Source: Anaeramoeba ignava BMAN (Eukaryota; Protista; Anaeramoebae). Taken from it: a DNA stretch of 64,000 nucleotides. A program made the translations under genes and the position numbers. Positions 63,634-64,000 of this stretch are shown piece by piece. The stretch spans positions 97,392-161,391 of the forward strand of contig JAPDFW010000124.1 in the NCBI GenBank assembly GCA_028826165.1, in the 5' to 3' direction. Below the pieces are notes generated by a model. The model made no database searches. It saw nothing but the letters and a program-made list of their open reading frames with translations, and was not told the origin of the DNA. Position 1 is the first letter of the stretch; every line of letters starts with the position of its first letter.

Positions 63634-64000
63634 TATTGATTTCGATTGATGATTGGATGATTGATTTGCATTGGATTTGATTGGATTACCGATACTGGAT
63701 GCATTGATTTTACAATTTGATGTACTGGTTTCATTTACCGATTTCATTGATTGGATGGACATTTGGCCGATGGATTACTTGGCTGAATGCATTTCCATTA
63801 TCATCGATTTACATTTACTGGATTACAATCGAATACCGGACACCGACAATTACCGACTGATTTATCAATTCCAAATGACAATTACATTTGGCCATGACAC
63901 CGGACAATTACCGAATACTACGATCGGAATTTATCGCATTTCATTTCCATTTGGCTGATTGCATTTATCGGTCAATGAATGATTATCATTACCAATTACC
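63478..64000. repeat. (ATTG)n microsatellite decaying into degenerate ATTG-like sequence to the window end
   Basis: Clean tract 63478-63640, then scrambled derivatives. Confidence 0.8.

Noticed and set aside
63556-63958. ORFs 63556-63762 and 63671-63958
   Set aside because: Derived from (ATTG)n and its degenerate extension.

Overview
Extremely AT-rich eukaryotic nuclear DNA with spliceosomal GT-AG introns and the standard genetic code. No prokaryotic operons, rRNA, tRNA or CRISPR arrays were seen. The gene content (expanded intronless ANK-BTB-BTB and BTB-TLDc families, TCATTTT initiator-like motifs, a bacterial-type anaerobic enzyme) resembles an anaerobic metamonad amoeba such as Anaeramoeba; this is inference, not a database result. 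I reconstructed 14 protein-coding genes by hand: a partial TLDc gene, two convergent ANK-BTB-BTB paralogs, a CH + multi-PH-like protein, a Dzip-like protein, CLASP, ATG2-like, a CH-RasGAP-PH protein, a WD40 protein, HID1, SRP14, BTB-TLDc, a 10-exon YgeW-type carbamoyltransferase and a frameshifted ~11.7-kb DUF3638/DUF3645 helicase-like giant. Main observations: (1) five almost pure A/T tandem arrays from four different sequence families all have a ~141-156 bp (nucleosome-sized) period and all sit directly upstream of gene starts, while short-period repeats fill introns and 3' flanks; (2) a bacterial-type YgeW gene invisible in the ORF track has acquired 9 introns, including a 5-nt microexon; (3) an isolated pre-miRNA-like hairpin at 21.7 kb lies on the otherwise empty side of one array; (4) a BTB-TLDc gene is bracketed by two copies of the same array; (5) about half of splice acceptors are AAG and none is CAG. 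Several single-base frameshifts in homopolymers are probably assembly errors.
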